NCBI RefSeq assembly: GCF_037042905.1 | Contig: NC_087248.1 | Location: 17,298,001-17,362,000 of the forward strand | Reading direction: 5' to 3' | Source of the DNA: Lytechinus pictus | Lineage: Eukaryota | Length of the DNA stretch: 64,000 bases | Part shown: positions 26,145 to 38,836 of the stretch, piece by piece | How the letters are laid out: each line of letters starts with the position of its first letter | Numbering within the stretch: position 1 is the first letter of the stretch | Notes under the pieces: model-generated | Told to the model about the DNA's origin: nothing | The model's database searches: none | The model's input: only the letters and a program-made list of their open reading frames with translations | Program-made: the position numbers and the translations under genes

Positions 26145-28734
26145 CGGCATCACCAATTTTTCTAAAGGGTAGATAGCTCTGGGGAACCTTGATTTAAGCT
26201 ACGCCTACCATTGTTCTCTTCATTCATTTCTTTACAATATATATATATATATATATATACAGTATGTATATATAGCTATATACACATATATATAATGGCT
26301 ACCAAAATGATGAGTGAAGGACTGATGTTGGTAGGTTTAAACTGATAAAAAGGATCTCTTTCAATATCAAACAATTAATTAATCCTTTCCCAAAAGTGGG
26401 TCATTGTGCGCCCATGTATTAAACACAAATCCTACAGCTACACCTGTTTCACATCTACCTTAGATCAATCTCAGTGTTATTGTGTGCCGCTACAAATGAA
26501 ATACGATCGATTGCATGGACATCTAACTAAGCTATGACAATAACGCGAGTGACTGCTACCTACAAACATCATTGACTGATAAGTGTTTTCTGATGGACCG
26601 TGGTAACATAGCCACTTGCTTCATATCTGAGTTAGATATATCTCGTAGTAATTTTGTTTTTTAATGTGATTTTCTGCGTAGGAAGGCTTGGGTAGTTAGA
26701 ATGACTAGAATAGTAGAATGACTAGAAGGGTCATATGTAAGCAAGGAGTACAGTATTTTGGTCAAACTTGATTATTTTGTGGTCAAATTTGTCTGTTACA
26801 CTGCCATTTCCGCCTGGAATATATTTTCTCATAGATGACAATATGTTTTGGTTGCACATCTGACTTTTGAACCAGTTGAGTTATTTTGACTGGTTCATTT
26901 CTAAAGTGTAAAAATACTTAGAAATACCAACTAATAGAATGTAAACCTAATCTTCGCGTGATCCGTTCAAAAGGATTAAGTTACATGCAAAGTCAACATT
27001 TCACGCCAAAAGAAATTCAGACGCCTTTTTATTAGACGCTATTTATTACCCGGTGCATAATACCTAGCCATGAATACATCCAATAAATGCTGAGCTGAGA
27101 AGAAGGAGAAGAAGAAGTGAAACCCTTGGGATGACTTGGCTGATTCGAGGTGAGATCACCTTCTTAATCCTTACACTAACTCTGTTTACTTTGCCTGAAT
27201 AAACCATTAGGCCATACCTCACGTGCTTCCATGGATTGAATAACGGAAATTTCAAGAGATAACAGCACTCTTCTCATTGTGATAGTGTTATGGTATAGTC
27301 TGTAGCCCGAGGCCCATCTCAGATAAGATTGCATGGGACCGTGGTAGGTGGAGAAAAAAAACCTCTGCATCAATCACCTATCGACTCTCTGAGCAGTCAT
27401 AATGTGATTGTTGAGAAATCAAGATGGTTTCATCGTGACTTATTAAGTCATTACACCAACATCGTGAAATATAACCATTATCTTGCCATTTTGATGGCCC
27501 TCGGAAGCCGGGTGCAGTGGTAAACCAAATTGACCTTAATTCTGTAGTGATGACATTTTTCTCTTTTTTTTTTCTTAACAAACCAGCACCCTAGGCTTTC
27601 TTTAGAAATTTGTACCAAGGCCCGTATCTGTTATTCCTATTTTCGATATTATTAGCCATGTATATTTTCAACATTAGAATTAATACAGCTAGGTAAATCA
27701 ATCTCATTCTGAATTTCTCTTAATATGGTCATTGAATCTTTGGTAATTTTTGAACTGCGTTAGTTTTTTTACACATATATAATTTAAGTTATCATTCGTT
27801 AAACAACATCCTCGTCATCATAGAACAGGCAATATTTATCTTCCTTTGCTCTTTGAGCATGTTAAGGATTCCTAAATAAAGTAAACGACGTTGACGAGTT
27901 ATGAAAAGAAAAGGTTGTAAAAGTACAGGTGTCAAAACATACTTCGTACTCTTCCATGAACATGTGCTTCAATTATAATTCAGAAGGACAAACATCCAAA
28001 ATCTACGCCAGCTGATGACTGAATACCAAATAAGAATATATTTTTGTTATATACTGCATGGAAATTTTGGATGCATAATTGGGCAGGTTCTAGATTAAAT
28101 GTGCAATATTATCAAGTTGGCGCAGCTGCTGTTATCCATTAAATTGTTGTTGTTTTTTAGTAGTCTTTAATCTTTGCATGCTAGAAGTCATGATGTCAGC
28201 TTTCCATGTTGCTTCAAAGCATATGTATGGTGGAAGAGGTGAAGGGTGGAGGGGGGATTCCGTACGAGCACACATTATCAACGATTGGGTAATGCTAATC
28301 AAAGCATTTGACCAAGTATACTATCTGAACTCATCTAGTCATATCTTTTAAAACCTGAATGAGACTTCGAGATGAGACTAAGTTGGATGGGTCAGCATCG
28401 GATAGTAATGGAAGTCGATCGCTTCATCCTTGGTCATTAAGACAATGGAATATAGTGAGAACGAAAATGAGCTACGCACATAGCGACAGCTCTAATATCG
28501 TTATTTACGGCGCTAGATTAGGTCGTTATATTTTCATTTAGGTTTCTTATTTTAAAATCGCTGCTGTGGCGTCAATGCACTTCACTTCAGTCAGGTGTCC
28601 ATGAATGAATACATATACCAAATTTTCGAGCACTGTGACCTCACCTTGAATGGCATGCTCGTATTTTACAGTTCGCATATACATGTAGTTCTTTCATGGT
28701 CAGGTTCGTGACTAATATAGTAAATATAGTTATA

Positions 28735-28783
28735 AGTATATATATATATATATAGATATATATATATATTTTGTGTATAATTT

Positions 28784-28813
<30 letters not shown>
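28735..28813. repeat. Compound (TA)n microsatellite
   Basis: Two TA tracts separated by a short spacer. Confidence 0.85.
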
Positions 28814-28815
<2 letters not shown>

Positions 28816-31800
28816 ACTGACAAGACTGAAAGATTGAAATAGATATACATCATTATTGATACATGCCATGCTTAGAGAATATGTAAGGCGCCGTGGAGAC
28901 TGAAAATGTGATGGAAAACGCAGAAATCATGTTGCACATGACCGCTTCAAGGTTTGATTTAAGACAAACCTGTAATTAGCTGTTGATCTATTGGCGTGCG
29001 TGTCAAACCAAGAAGTGATAACACCCTCCTCAGACGGCGTTATACCCCATGTAATAGGTTCACCAGTAGACGTGTCAGCTCCGGTGAATAGTTTCGTCTA
29101 ATAACTGGATGAGCGTGTGTTATTGATTCAGATAATTTCTTCATCATGTCCTGTTTGTCTATTACGGGCTCTCATACCATCTTACGATCTTCCTGGGATT
29201 TGACATTATCACTTGGATTATTCTTTCGTCTTTATTATTAAATCCTTAATTGATTCATGATTTGTCTTTCTTTATTTCATTTTACCCCACTGTTGTTTAC
29301 CGATGAAGTATCTACCTTTCTTTTTTTTATCACCATCATCATTCATCATCTGTTTTCATTTAATCTTATCTTCTCCTTCTTTGATAATATTCCTTTTAAC
29401 TATGTTTCCCCTTTTACATAACTGATCTTTTTGTTCTGGACCTCACCCCCTTCGCTCTCCCCCTCATTCTCTTTCTCTGTTTTTCTATTTCTAAGTTCCA
29501 ACCTTCCTTTTTCCCCTTAGCATATGATACTTCCGTTCATCTCCTTATTTCAATATTGCTGTACATCATTAAGTACCTCCCCTGGCACCATGAATACCAT
29601 CCTATTAACATCTACCCTGTTCTTATGCCCTCATTTCCTTCATGTCACTTTCATAATGCCCCCTCATTAAATACGCCCCAAGTGTTACATTACTCCCCCA
29701 ATTTTCACGCCAAAATTGCTTCGAAAAGTAAGATTTCACCCTTTCATGAAATATGATTCTCCATCCCTTCCACTCAATCGCTCTCATCCCATTCGCCGTT
29801 TTCAGCATGCTTGGATGAACCGACCCATTCTGCATCCTTCCGCTTCCACATTCCTTCTCCCTCTCGAAAATCCCACCTTCTTCTAGCATCCTCCCTTCCC
29901 ATTACATGATCCATAACATAAGGAAAATTACAAGCAACCACCGATAGCACCGGCTACCTTTTTGCTAGAGGCTGTGTTTACACTCTACCCCAAGAATTTT
30001 AGTCACACAAGATGTCAACATTATTGTCACAAGTCTTTCTAAACATCCACCTAAAATCGGGTCAACAGCTGGAAAGATGGTCCCTTTTCTGAATCCACAA
30101 TCTTGTCAGGGAACCTTGCAAGATTCTTGGTCATACATCCGTCTCGTCTCGTCAACCACTTCCTCTAATCCTCTGCTCTTTGTCCTCTTCATTTTATCCA
30201 CCGGAAGTTCAAGTATGCCTTCTGGGTAATCGGAGATCAGATTTGCATCAGACCCTGAGGAATGACTACGCAATTCCTGACAACTCAAAGCCAATGTTGA
30301 ACATTTCATGGATCGCACCGAGTTTCGCTTCTATCCATTCCATGTTGTTGACAGAATAACAAATCATTCAATGTCGTTGATAGGGCGACGACGTCTGTTA
30401 GGTTTCAGAAGCTATGTAAATTTTAAATGACATGCACTTAGATCGGAATAGAGAATTTTAGATAATAAATGTTTGAGCTTTTTAATCCATTTTTTATTGT
30501 TTGACTGTTAGTTTGATTCTTTTTGTTCTACTTTGCTCTTTGCTCTACGTTTTGTGTATTACATACGATTTTTTTATACTTGGCCAATCATAGCACCTAA
30601 TTCATATTATTTTTTTTTTAATTGGAATGATTTGATATCAATGAAAGTCGATTATTAGACCAGAGTCTGGTTTGAAAGCTTATGCTTGATGAGGGCCGAA
30701 GAGGGACATACAGCGTGTATCACCGATGCGCTAAAACACCATCATAGACAATTCTCAATTGTTTACATGTATCTGAGTATTTTTCCGGCATCATTAGCCC
30801 ATGTTGTGTAAACAATATTGATTAAACTCCAGCGAGCCGTTCTCACTGTCTCATAGGAACATTTTAAGATGGAAATGATTTTTCTTTACAACGATTATTA
30901 AGCAAGTGGCACAATATTTTCTAGCTTCATGATTTCAAGGATACTTAGGAATATTGGTTTTTATTTTATTTTTAATAGTAAATTTTCTGTTTAATTTATC
31001 TTGACGTTTAAAAACCAATGTGGGGGTATTGAAAAGACACCAAATCTCATTTCGTGTATAACGGCAATCATGATTATGGTTTTTCGCACTGGCAGTCAGT
31101 CAATCATCATGAATAATGTTAGTGTTATTCCAGCAGTGTGTACACGCCCCGTTTGATGGGAATGATAAAGAAGGAGGAAGAAGATGGCGAGGACCCGTAA
31201 CACGGCTTGTTTATTTATGAGCAGTGATGATGATGATGGCATAGGGGGAGCATGCTTGATAGATAATGAAAACAGTCTCATCTAAACGCCCCTAGGCCGC
31301 ACACACTACCCGCCCATCACTGATAGCAAATAAAGCTGGGTGATTTGAAAAATAAAATGTCACTTTCTCCTCCCAACGTTGTCCGTAATCATATCCCGCG
31401 TGACACTCTCCCCGGATTTAATATGTCATCAAAATATGAATTAATGAATGTGTAAATATTATTCGATTTCGACAGTTACTAGACAGTTCCAAGGCTCAGT
31501 GTTAATGATCTCGAGGACATGGGTTGAACTCTCGATGCTGAAAGTGTTATCCATTTCGTCTCCGAGGTATTATTATGAAAGCATTTCAGCATTGCGCATT
31601 TTTGAGAACTTCACATGACTCCCCGTCTTTTTATGAACTGTTAATTTCATTGGTCGAATGCCCATTGGGGTTATTTTGGGGACTTTTTTTCGTTATAATT
31701 GCGTCAATACTACTGAAGGGGGTGGTTTTGATCATTGTACGGAAGGAACATGAAATGACTGAGAAGATATGCTATTCATATCATCTTTCAAAACATAACT

Positions 31801-33064
31801 CGATTAGAGAATTAAAACACAACTCATGAGCTTATAAGGATACATTTTTTGGTTTGACTTCCTTTCAATGATATTTATCGTGTGTTGTACTTAACACGAG
31901 ATTGGCATGTTAATACAATGTTGTTCGTCATAAAGTTTCTTCATTACATCTCACTTAATTTGATAGTTCTTACAGCAACATTAGATATACATAAACTGTG
32001 AATAAAAGAAAAACAGGTGCTCTTAAATTACAGTGCACACTCCCATAATGCCAAATCTGTTTCAAATGTGTTTTTTAACATAAATTTTACTCATGTGTTA
32101 TTCACGACCATTTGCATGAAGAACATCGGATAATGGGGTAAAATAACTAAGACCTAAGATCATACAGACACCAACATCAAAACTTTACATTACTTCGAAT
32201 GAGTGAGTTTCGTTAGTGAAACTGGCGACTAGCGTCGAAGTCACACCATCGGAACCGAATCCTAATCGATCGCCGGAATGTTTTTAAAGTATCTTTTTGA
32301 GCGGTCTTGAGTCAATTCCGTTTGTGAAACTATACTGTCTACCTACATCACCAAGCCCCCCCCCCTCTCCCTGCTTGACATGAACTTGGATGACAGACGG
32401 ATATTTGGGGAAATCAGAATTGTCAAAACATATCCAAAATGATCGCTAGTTGGCAGAACTTCCGATTACATGCTCTGATTGTTATTTGTCGGAACAAATT
32501 GCAATCGGAGCGTGGTTTGAGATTTTGTTTATATATTTTGCAGGACTGCTATCAATGAAGCCACTTGAAACGAATTCATCGATATTGAATGGCAAAATAG
32601 TGTTTATATAAAGACAAACTGCCGTACATGTTGCCCCACTTTCAAACTTTGATGAGCTGTTTATAGATGACACAATGAGTGGGATTGTTGTTTGTTGGTC
32701 TGGTACGTGGTAGACGAATTCATTTCGCAACAAATATTTAACTAGAAAATAATTATATCAATGTATGATAGATGCAAGAGACGGGGGTGGTAAAAGTGAA
32801 GAAAGGCGATAAAAAGGTAGAGGGGTAAATACAAAATCAGATCCATGAAACGGGAAATACAAAAAAAAACGAAAGATGATAGTTCTTTTCGATAATTAAT
32901 AAGGAGTGGAAATTGTCGAAGACCGGAAAAGTATGTCAAAATCGTAAATGACAGCAGAATTAAAATGCAGTTACGAATTTTCGAGCTACATTTTTGGTCA
33001 TTACAAATTTAAAAAAGGAGCAAAAAAAAACCCAGACTTTATAATTATCGTAACTGCTTCTTAA

Positions 33065-33739
33065 AGGCCTGGTCCAACTGACCGACAGACACACAACGTA
33101 TTCATTAAGGACACGGCGGTCGAGCAAAATTTCGGGCGTGGCTCCCTCCGGGTTTTTTTCGCTCCAGAAATGGAAAAAATTGCGAAAACGTAACGGAAAA
33201 AAACGGACGTGGATAGTATGAAGCGCGGATGTTAAACGGAAATCTAGCAGATGAAAGTGGATGACAGCTCCGAAGGGGTAACCGGGGGGTTTGAATATCT
33301 TCATATACGAGATGCATACGATTACATCCTTTCTATTTCCGTGCTACTAACGATGTATAGACGTTCCATGTACCTTAATCTTTCCTCCCTCTTTCCGTTG
33401 TTTAGCTGCAGTGGAAATGGGTTGCGAGGATGCCCAGGGGATGCAGAGAGGATACAGCGGACGTTTAACGGATGATAACGGACATGGAACGTTCGTTGCT
33501 CGTATATGTTGCGGATTTACATCGTACACGGCGGAAAGTTCATCTGTTCTAAAAGTTTCGTGCAGCTCAAAACTTTTGGCGCGGATGAAATGACAGTGGC
33601 GGATGCTCGATGGATAGAGCGTATGAAGCACGTATGCAATGAGTACACAACGGATCCATAGCGTTTTCTAACGGATGGCACGATTTTTTTTCCCCGTTCT
33701 ACACCCTCTTTGCATCCGTAAGTGCAGTGGGCCGGGCCA
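33065..33739. mobile_element. Harbinger-like non-autonomous transposon
   Basis: Imperfect TIRs AGGCCTGGTCCAACTG / CAGTGGGCCGGGCCA, TAA and TTA flanks, and many internal AACGGA/GCGGAT motifs. It accounts for the ORF cluster at 32960-33931. Confidence 0.65.
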
Positions 33740-36460
33740 TTAGAGTCTTTACCATATCTGCTAAGCTGGACATTCATCGATGGACAGTCATGTTTTAAGG
33801 ACACATACGCAGCAAGCCAGGTTCTGGGGGTCGTAATTATACTGGATATTAGTCAGAAAATAAGATCGTGGTCACCGAATATGCAGAAGAAAATACTGCC
33901 TGGAATACGTTCAAGGAGGAAAAAACAATAAGATAAAGATACCTGTACGTTAGGCTCTGATTCACAAGGTCTCGCAAGATGACAAGATATGGGCGTTATT
34001 GGACAGGCTCCAATAAGAATATAAGTCATCTACCCTTGGGAGAAATCGTGTTGAAAGCATCTGTTATTGTAGTTGGTCCAACAGAATTTATCTTGTTATG
34101 AGGAATTATTTTATATATATCAATGTTCGGTAAAATATTGTAACTACATGACTGGCTCGGAAAGTATGAAAATAAAATAAAAGAAAGACTCAGCGCTTCG
34201 TGAACAAAGTTTAAAATTGTTTCAGATATCGGTCGGCTGTATCAAACGCTGAGAGCACCTGATCCTGATGAAATTGAGACCCCTACCAACACTGCTATGT
34301 AAGATAGAAATGTTGCAGTGTACTTTTATTAGACGGTGGAATAATTTAACTAGTTTTTACATTCTTTGATTGTTAGCAAATCTTTAGGTTATAAATCCCA
34401 ACTGATGATTTAGCATACCTTGAAAAGAAAACATTACCTTTCCTTCGGTTTCAGTCAAATTCAATTTCTACAATGATTTATAAAATATATGAAACAAAAT
34501 AAGCAAAATAAAAAATGGAAAGCTTAGAATTATAATTTATTTGTGAATCTTGCAGGTTGTAAACACCCTCCGAATTCGTTCTAATTTTCGTGGAGTATAT
34601 TTAAATTAGATCACGTTAACGACTTACAGTCATTGCGGTTTTAAGTAGGTAGGGTACATCTCTGATGACATGGATGATATCTTCATCTTTAATCCTTAGG
34701 GTTCTTCTTTTTCCGTCCTTTACGTCCTCCTTTCCCGCAGTCAATCATTAGAGAATCTGCCGGACTATTTTTTTTTTGCCCCTCCCATTCTCATTCGACG
34801 GGGCGTAGACCAGGGAGAGGAGAAACGCCCATCACCATCCCCAAGCTTACCATGTCCCTATACTTTAAGGTGACGCCAGGCAACCATCCCCTGGCCTTGC
34901 TTGTCTAATCTCTTCTCCCCGATCACGGGGTCTTCATCTCAGTCTAGTAATCTCAGTCGTCTCTTAATCCATCTCAGCTCATCGGATAATCCCCTCGCTA
35001 TGGCAGCCTTGATTTCCGTTGCCAAAGCTTCCTAAAATCCCCGGGAGACAGGCGTTTCTCCTAATCGAGACGAGGTCAATACCGTCCAATCTATCTAGGG
35101 ACTGTTTGACGACGTGATGGTACAAAAGCCCGAGGCTTCCTGCGCACACCTAGGGAGTGGATATGACACTAATTATGCACATTCGTAATATATCTTTGCA
35201 TGCCCAGTTGCGTCATGAATATGGGTAACTAGGGAAATAGCAGAGAAATGTGACATTTTTTTTTAGTTTCTCAAGGATACGTCTGGACATTCTCAAAGGT
35301 GTAGAATCATCTCCTTTACGGCTATAAACGTCTTCTGTTTCTTAACTACGCATATATTTATATTACACGCATGCTTATCATTTATAGTAAGCTAACATAC
35401 CTATACTTCTACTTAATTTTATTAATCATGTTAATAATAATAATAGGCGATGATGATAGTGAGGATGGCAAAAACAATTAATGTTATCAAGAATAATGAA
35501 ATTAACAGAGATTAAAATAGCTTTATTGATAACTGGAATAACGATGACAACAAAAATACTATGAGTGCTTGAATATCTGGTTCACCATGTTTAATAAAAC
35601 ATGAACAGGACATAGAAAATTAATTTAATGTTAAAAGATCAAAACATGAAATTAGTATGTCCCTATCTATTATATTTTATTCTAGCCTTACAAATATAAA
35701 GGTTTTTTTTTTTCAATACGTGCGATCATCTTCGTGAAATTCACATTTAGTGTTTTCTACCAAACAAGCTTACATTTCAGGAGGACTCAGAGTTTTTTTT
35801 TTTCGAGAGAGAAATATTATGCCAATCATCAGATCATCATTTTCATGTATTATTTGACAAATGATATAGAACACTGTCTCCTCGCATGCATTTCAGAGAG
35901 AGGTTTTGGTGTTGTTTAAATCGGTAAAAATGCATGTTTTGAATACTGACATGTAGGACATGTATGGAAGAAGAGGATTAGATGTCTGGGAATTCGGATT
36001 TGTAGCGCAGATGGTGGCTTAACATCATCTACACATGGTCCATGATCAACGGCAGACACATCCGATTCATCGTCATTTCATTTCGATCTCTTAAGTCATG
36101 ATGTTGAAAACTTATACATAACACAATGTTACTTAACATTAAGCTCTATACTACTGTAACTCCGCCAACACTACCACAACCACCTAGTACAGCAATAGGG
36201 ACTTAATGTTACAAGACGGGAACGTCCTCTATAACGCTCAAAAATTCAATGGAATTCAATCGAACATTAAAGACAGGTAACACGAGGTGCGATAAGGAGT
36301 TTGTGATGTTGCCTCATTCTCTTCACCAAACCAACGCCATTGGTTTGAAGAACGCAATGAACATGATGAAAATGTAAAGTAAAAGACGCATGCGCGGAAG
36401 GGGATCGAGTCGGTTAATCACTTTTTGTTAGTATCTAGCGTTCTCGTCCTCTGTAACTTA

Positions 36461-36865
36461 AGCTCGGCTCACACTATGCGATTCGTTGCGATCCGATTTT
36501 CAAAGAAATCATAATAACATTTGGCATGAAATTCCAACCAATACAATCTTAGCGATCCGAGGTCAGATAAGTTGTAGGACTAAACTAAAATCAAAATTCA
36601 ATGTAGTTCGAGCCTCAATGTAGGAATAAAAGCAAATTCAATTCCAAATCGTAATGATGTCAGCATCGGCTGCGACTTGAAGCCGATTTGGATTTTACTC
36701 CGACAAGAAAGCCTTGCCGCAAAGCAAAATTATGATTTCATTATTCCTAACATTATGCCGGACTTCAAATAAAGTTATTTTTCTTTTTGGAACTTTCATA
36801 TTTAATGCAAAATGTGATTTATTAAAAAATAATGTCGTATCGTATTGCACAATGTGAGACGGACT
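36461..36865. mobile_element. Harbinger-type MITE, diverged relative of 17501-17916
   Basis: TTA|AGCTCGGCTCACACT ... AATGTGAGACGGACT|TTA; the internal GATTTGGATTTTACTCC resembles the reverse complement of GGAGTAAAGTCCAAATT in the 17501 element. Confidence 0.65.
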
Positions 36866-37302
36866 TTACGCACTTGAGCTACGGATGCGTTCAGACCGCC
36901 CATCCCTACAACCATGACTAAAACCATCAACCCAAAGTACAACACCATTACCACTTGCGGTGTACAATGGAATTGATAATCGCCTAAATTACCAAGTGTT
37001 TATCTTGAAGTGGCTATGTAATGTAACCGTTTTCCCCTATTAATTGTCATGTTGGTAGAAAAATTAATTTCCTCGTCAAGAAACAAGGTCACCGTTCATT
37101 ATACAAAATGATGCACAGGTGTGAGTGCATCGGTAGGTTTTGTGAGCATAAGGTACATGTTACTATGAAAGTGTGCACCTCGTGGGTTTAGACTAGTTTC
37201 CATAGTTATCGCATACTCACAAGTCATCCCGATGCAACCCTGTGCATCATTTGTTTTAGAATGATGGAATTTTTTGGCCAAAATATTTTTTTTAACCATG
37301 CT

Positions 37303-37420
37303 TAATTGATTACGACGCATGGCTATAGCCATGCATTCGGTAAATTTGCCATGCATAAGTAATTGATACCGGACGCATGGCAAATTTACCGGATACATGG
37401 CTGGCCATGCGTCGGTAATT
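37303..37420. repeat. Imperfect palindrome (~50-bp arms)
   Basis: CGACGCATGGCTATAGCCATGCATTCGGTAAATTTGCCATGC pairs with GCATGGCAAATTTACCGGATACATGGCTGGCCATGCGTCG. Confidence 0.75.
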
Positions 37421-38668
37421 ACTTATGCAGGATACCCATTCTATAACAGCAATTGATATCAAATTAGAAATGTAAGCGGCTTTCTTGTCTATGATTATCC
37501 TCCACTCATAGCAACGGATTTCTCAAGCATATTTATTGTTGGCTGGAATTTTTGTTTAAGTCGAATATGTTTCCGAATCGAAAGTGAACCTTATGTCGTG
37601 TCATTTCAAGCAAGCCATTTGATGAAGACGTTTTAAAGAGGAGATATATTCTTCTGCTGACTACCACATCATAGCTATACTAATAATGTCCGAAGTGTAA
37701 TGTCTGCTTCTTATGTCCCAGGGCAATTCAAAGGTTTCCATATGGCAGGGTATGGACAGTATACATTTAATAACTTTCAAAAGTATGACCTTTTATTTTG
37801 CCATGAAGTGAACATGATCTTGGCTCCGTATCACAAAGTTTTGCGATCGACTGCAAATTTGAGAGAACAATCTGATTGGCTTCGTGGCATGCCATAAGAT
37901 CCATGATTGGTTGTTGTCATTTAGCAATCGATTGCAAATCTTTCTGCTAGGGAGCCCTGAAAACAGGTAGGTGGCACAAAATGTGTAGCTCGTGGCAGAA
38001 TAATACTTGATCAAAACCTATCCCAATAAACAACAGTGAAATTGAGCAAACACGGGACCATTACGCAAATGAAAACAATCTCTACCAAAGCCTGTCGTTG
38101 GCAAGATCATGTATTTCGAGAATCGAAATTGGAAATTGATTGTTCGGTTACTATCGAGCTTTATAGTCCAATGATATCATTCAAAGAATATTGAAGTGAC
38201 GATTTTTTTTACAAGCAAACTTGGGGGAACACTAAATGGGTACATAAATGAACAATTTTCATGCGAAAATATAAAAAAAATGCTTTCTTTTTCTCCATTC
38301 ATGTTTGGACGGTTAAAGGCTTGCAGAGGAGGAAGTTTATGTCAAGACATTACTGGCATTCACCCAGTGAATTACATCACATGCTCGATCTGAGAAAAAG
38401 AATTGGCAAAATAGCTTTACAGGAATGACCGGGATTTGAACCTGCCATCTACTGATTACCGTGCAGGTCCTATACTGCAAGGTCATTATTTTAGTACTGA
38501 AGGAATCTCCATTTGTATATATCTTTAAGAAACCTAAACCTGATATCATTTCAAGCAAACTTCAAAGTAAACAGAAATAACGAAATAATATATTCACTGT
38601 CCAATTTCTATTTCCAAAAAAGTCCTTAAAAACCTCAACTATCTTCAATTCGTTTTTTCCCCGAACAG

Positions 38669-38836
38669 GTGGAATATTCCCGAGACATATGGCCGGGAGT
38701 CCCGAAGAGGCTGCGTTCAAGCTAGCTGTAGATCGTGTCGGGAAAACGATGAGATCAGCAATGGATAATACCTCAACGTTGTCTGCTGATATAAGATATA
38801 TACAACACAACGATAGCTTCGAGGCAACACGGGCCG
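38669..38836 (+). CDS. GRIK: Internal coding exon of an ionotropic glutamate receptor (kainate/AMPA-type), start of the amino-terminal (LIVBP-like) domain
   Basis: Acceptor tttttt-ccccgaacag| and donor |gtaagc; 168 bp, phase 1-1, open frame (G)GIFPRHMAGSPEEAAFKLAVDRVGKTMRSAMDNTSTLSADIRYIQHNDSFEATRA. From recall, it parallels the vertebrate kainate receptor segment GGIF...[44 protein letters not shown]. Exact orthology is not resolvable from one exon. Confidence 0.88.

Larger units (their letters stand above)
25892..26240. mobile_element. MITE with perfect 85-bp TIRs carrying a tRNA-like gene
   Basis: 25892-25976 is the exact reverse complement of 26156-26240 (ATATTGTAAAGAAATG...CCCTTTAGAAAAAT). 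The right end runs into a (TA)n tract. Confidence 0.9.

Noticed and set aside
32544-32702. AG-bounded segment with MSGIVVCWS and a phase-1 GTACGT donor as alternative first coding exon
   Set aside because: Too short for a signal peptide and preceded by several upstream ATGs; cannot be supported without RNA data.
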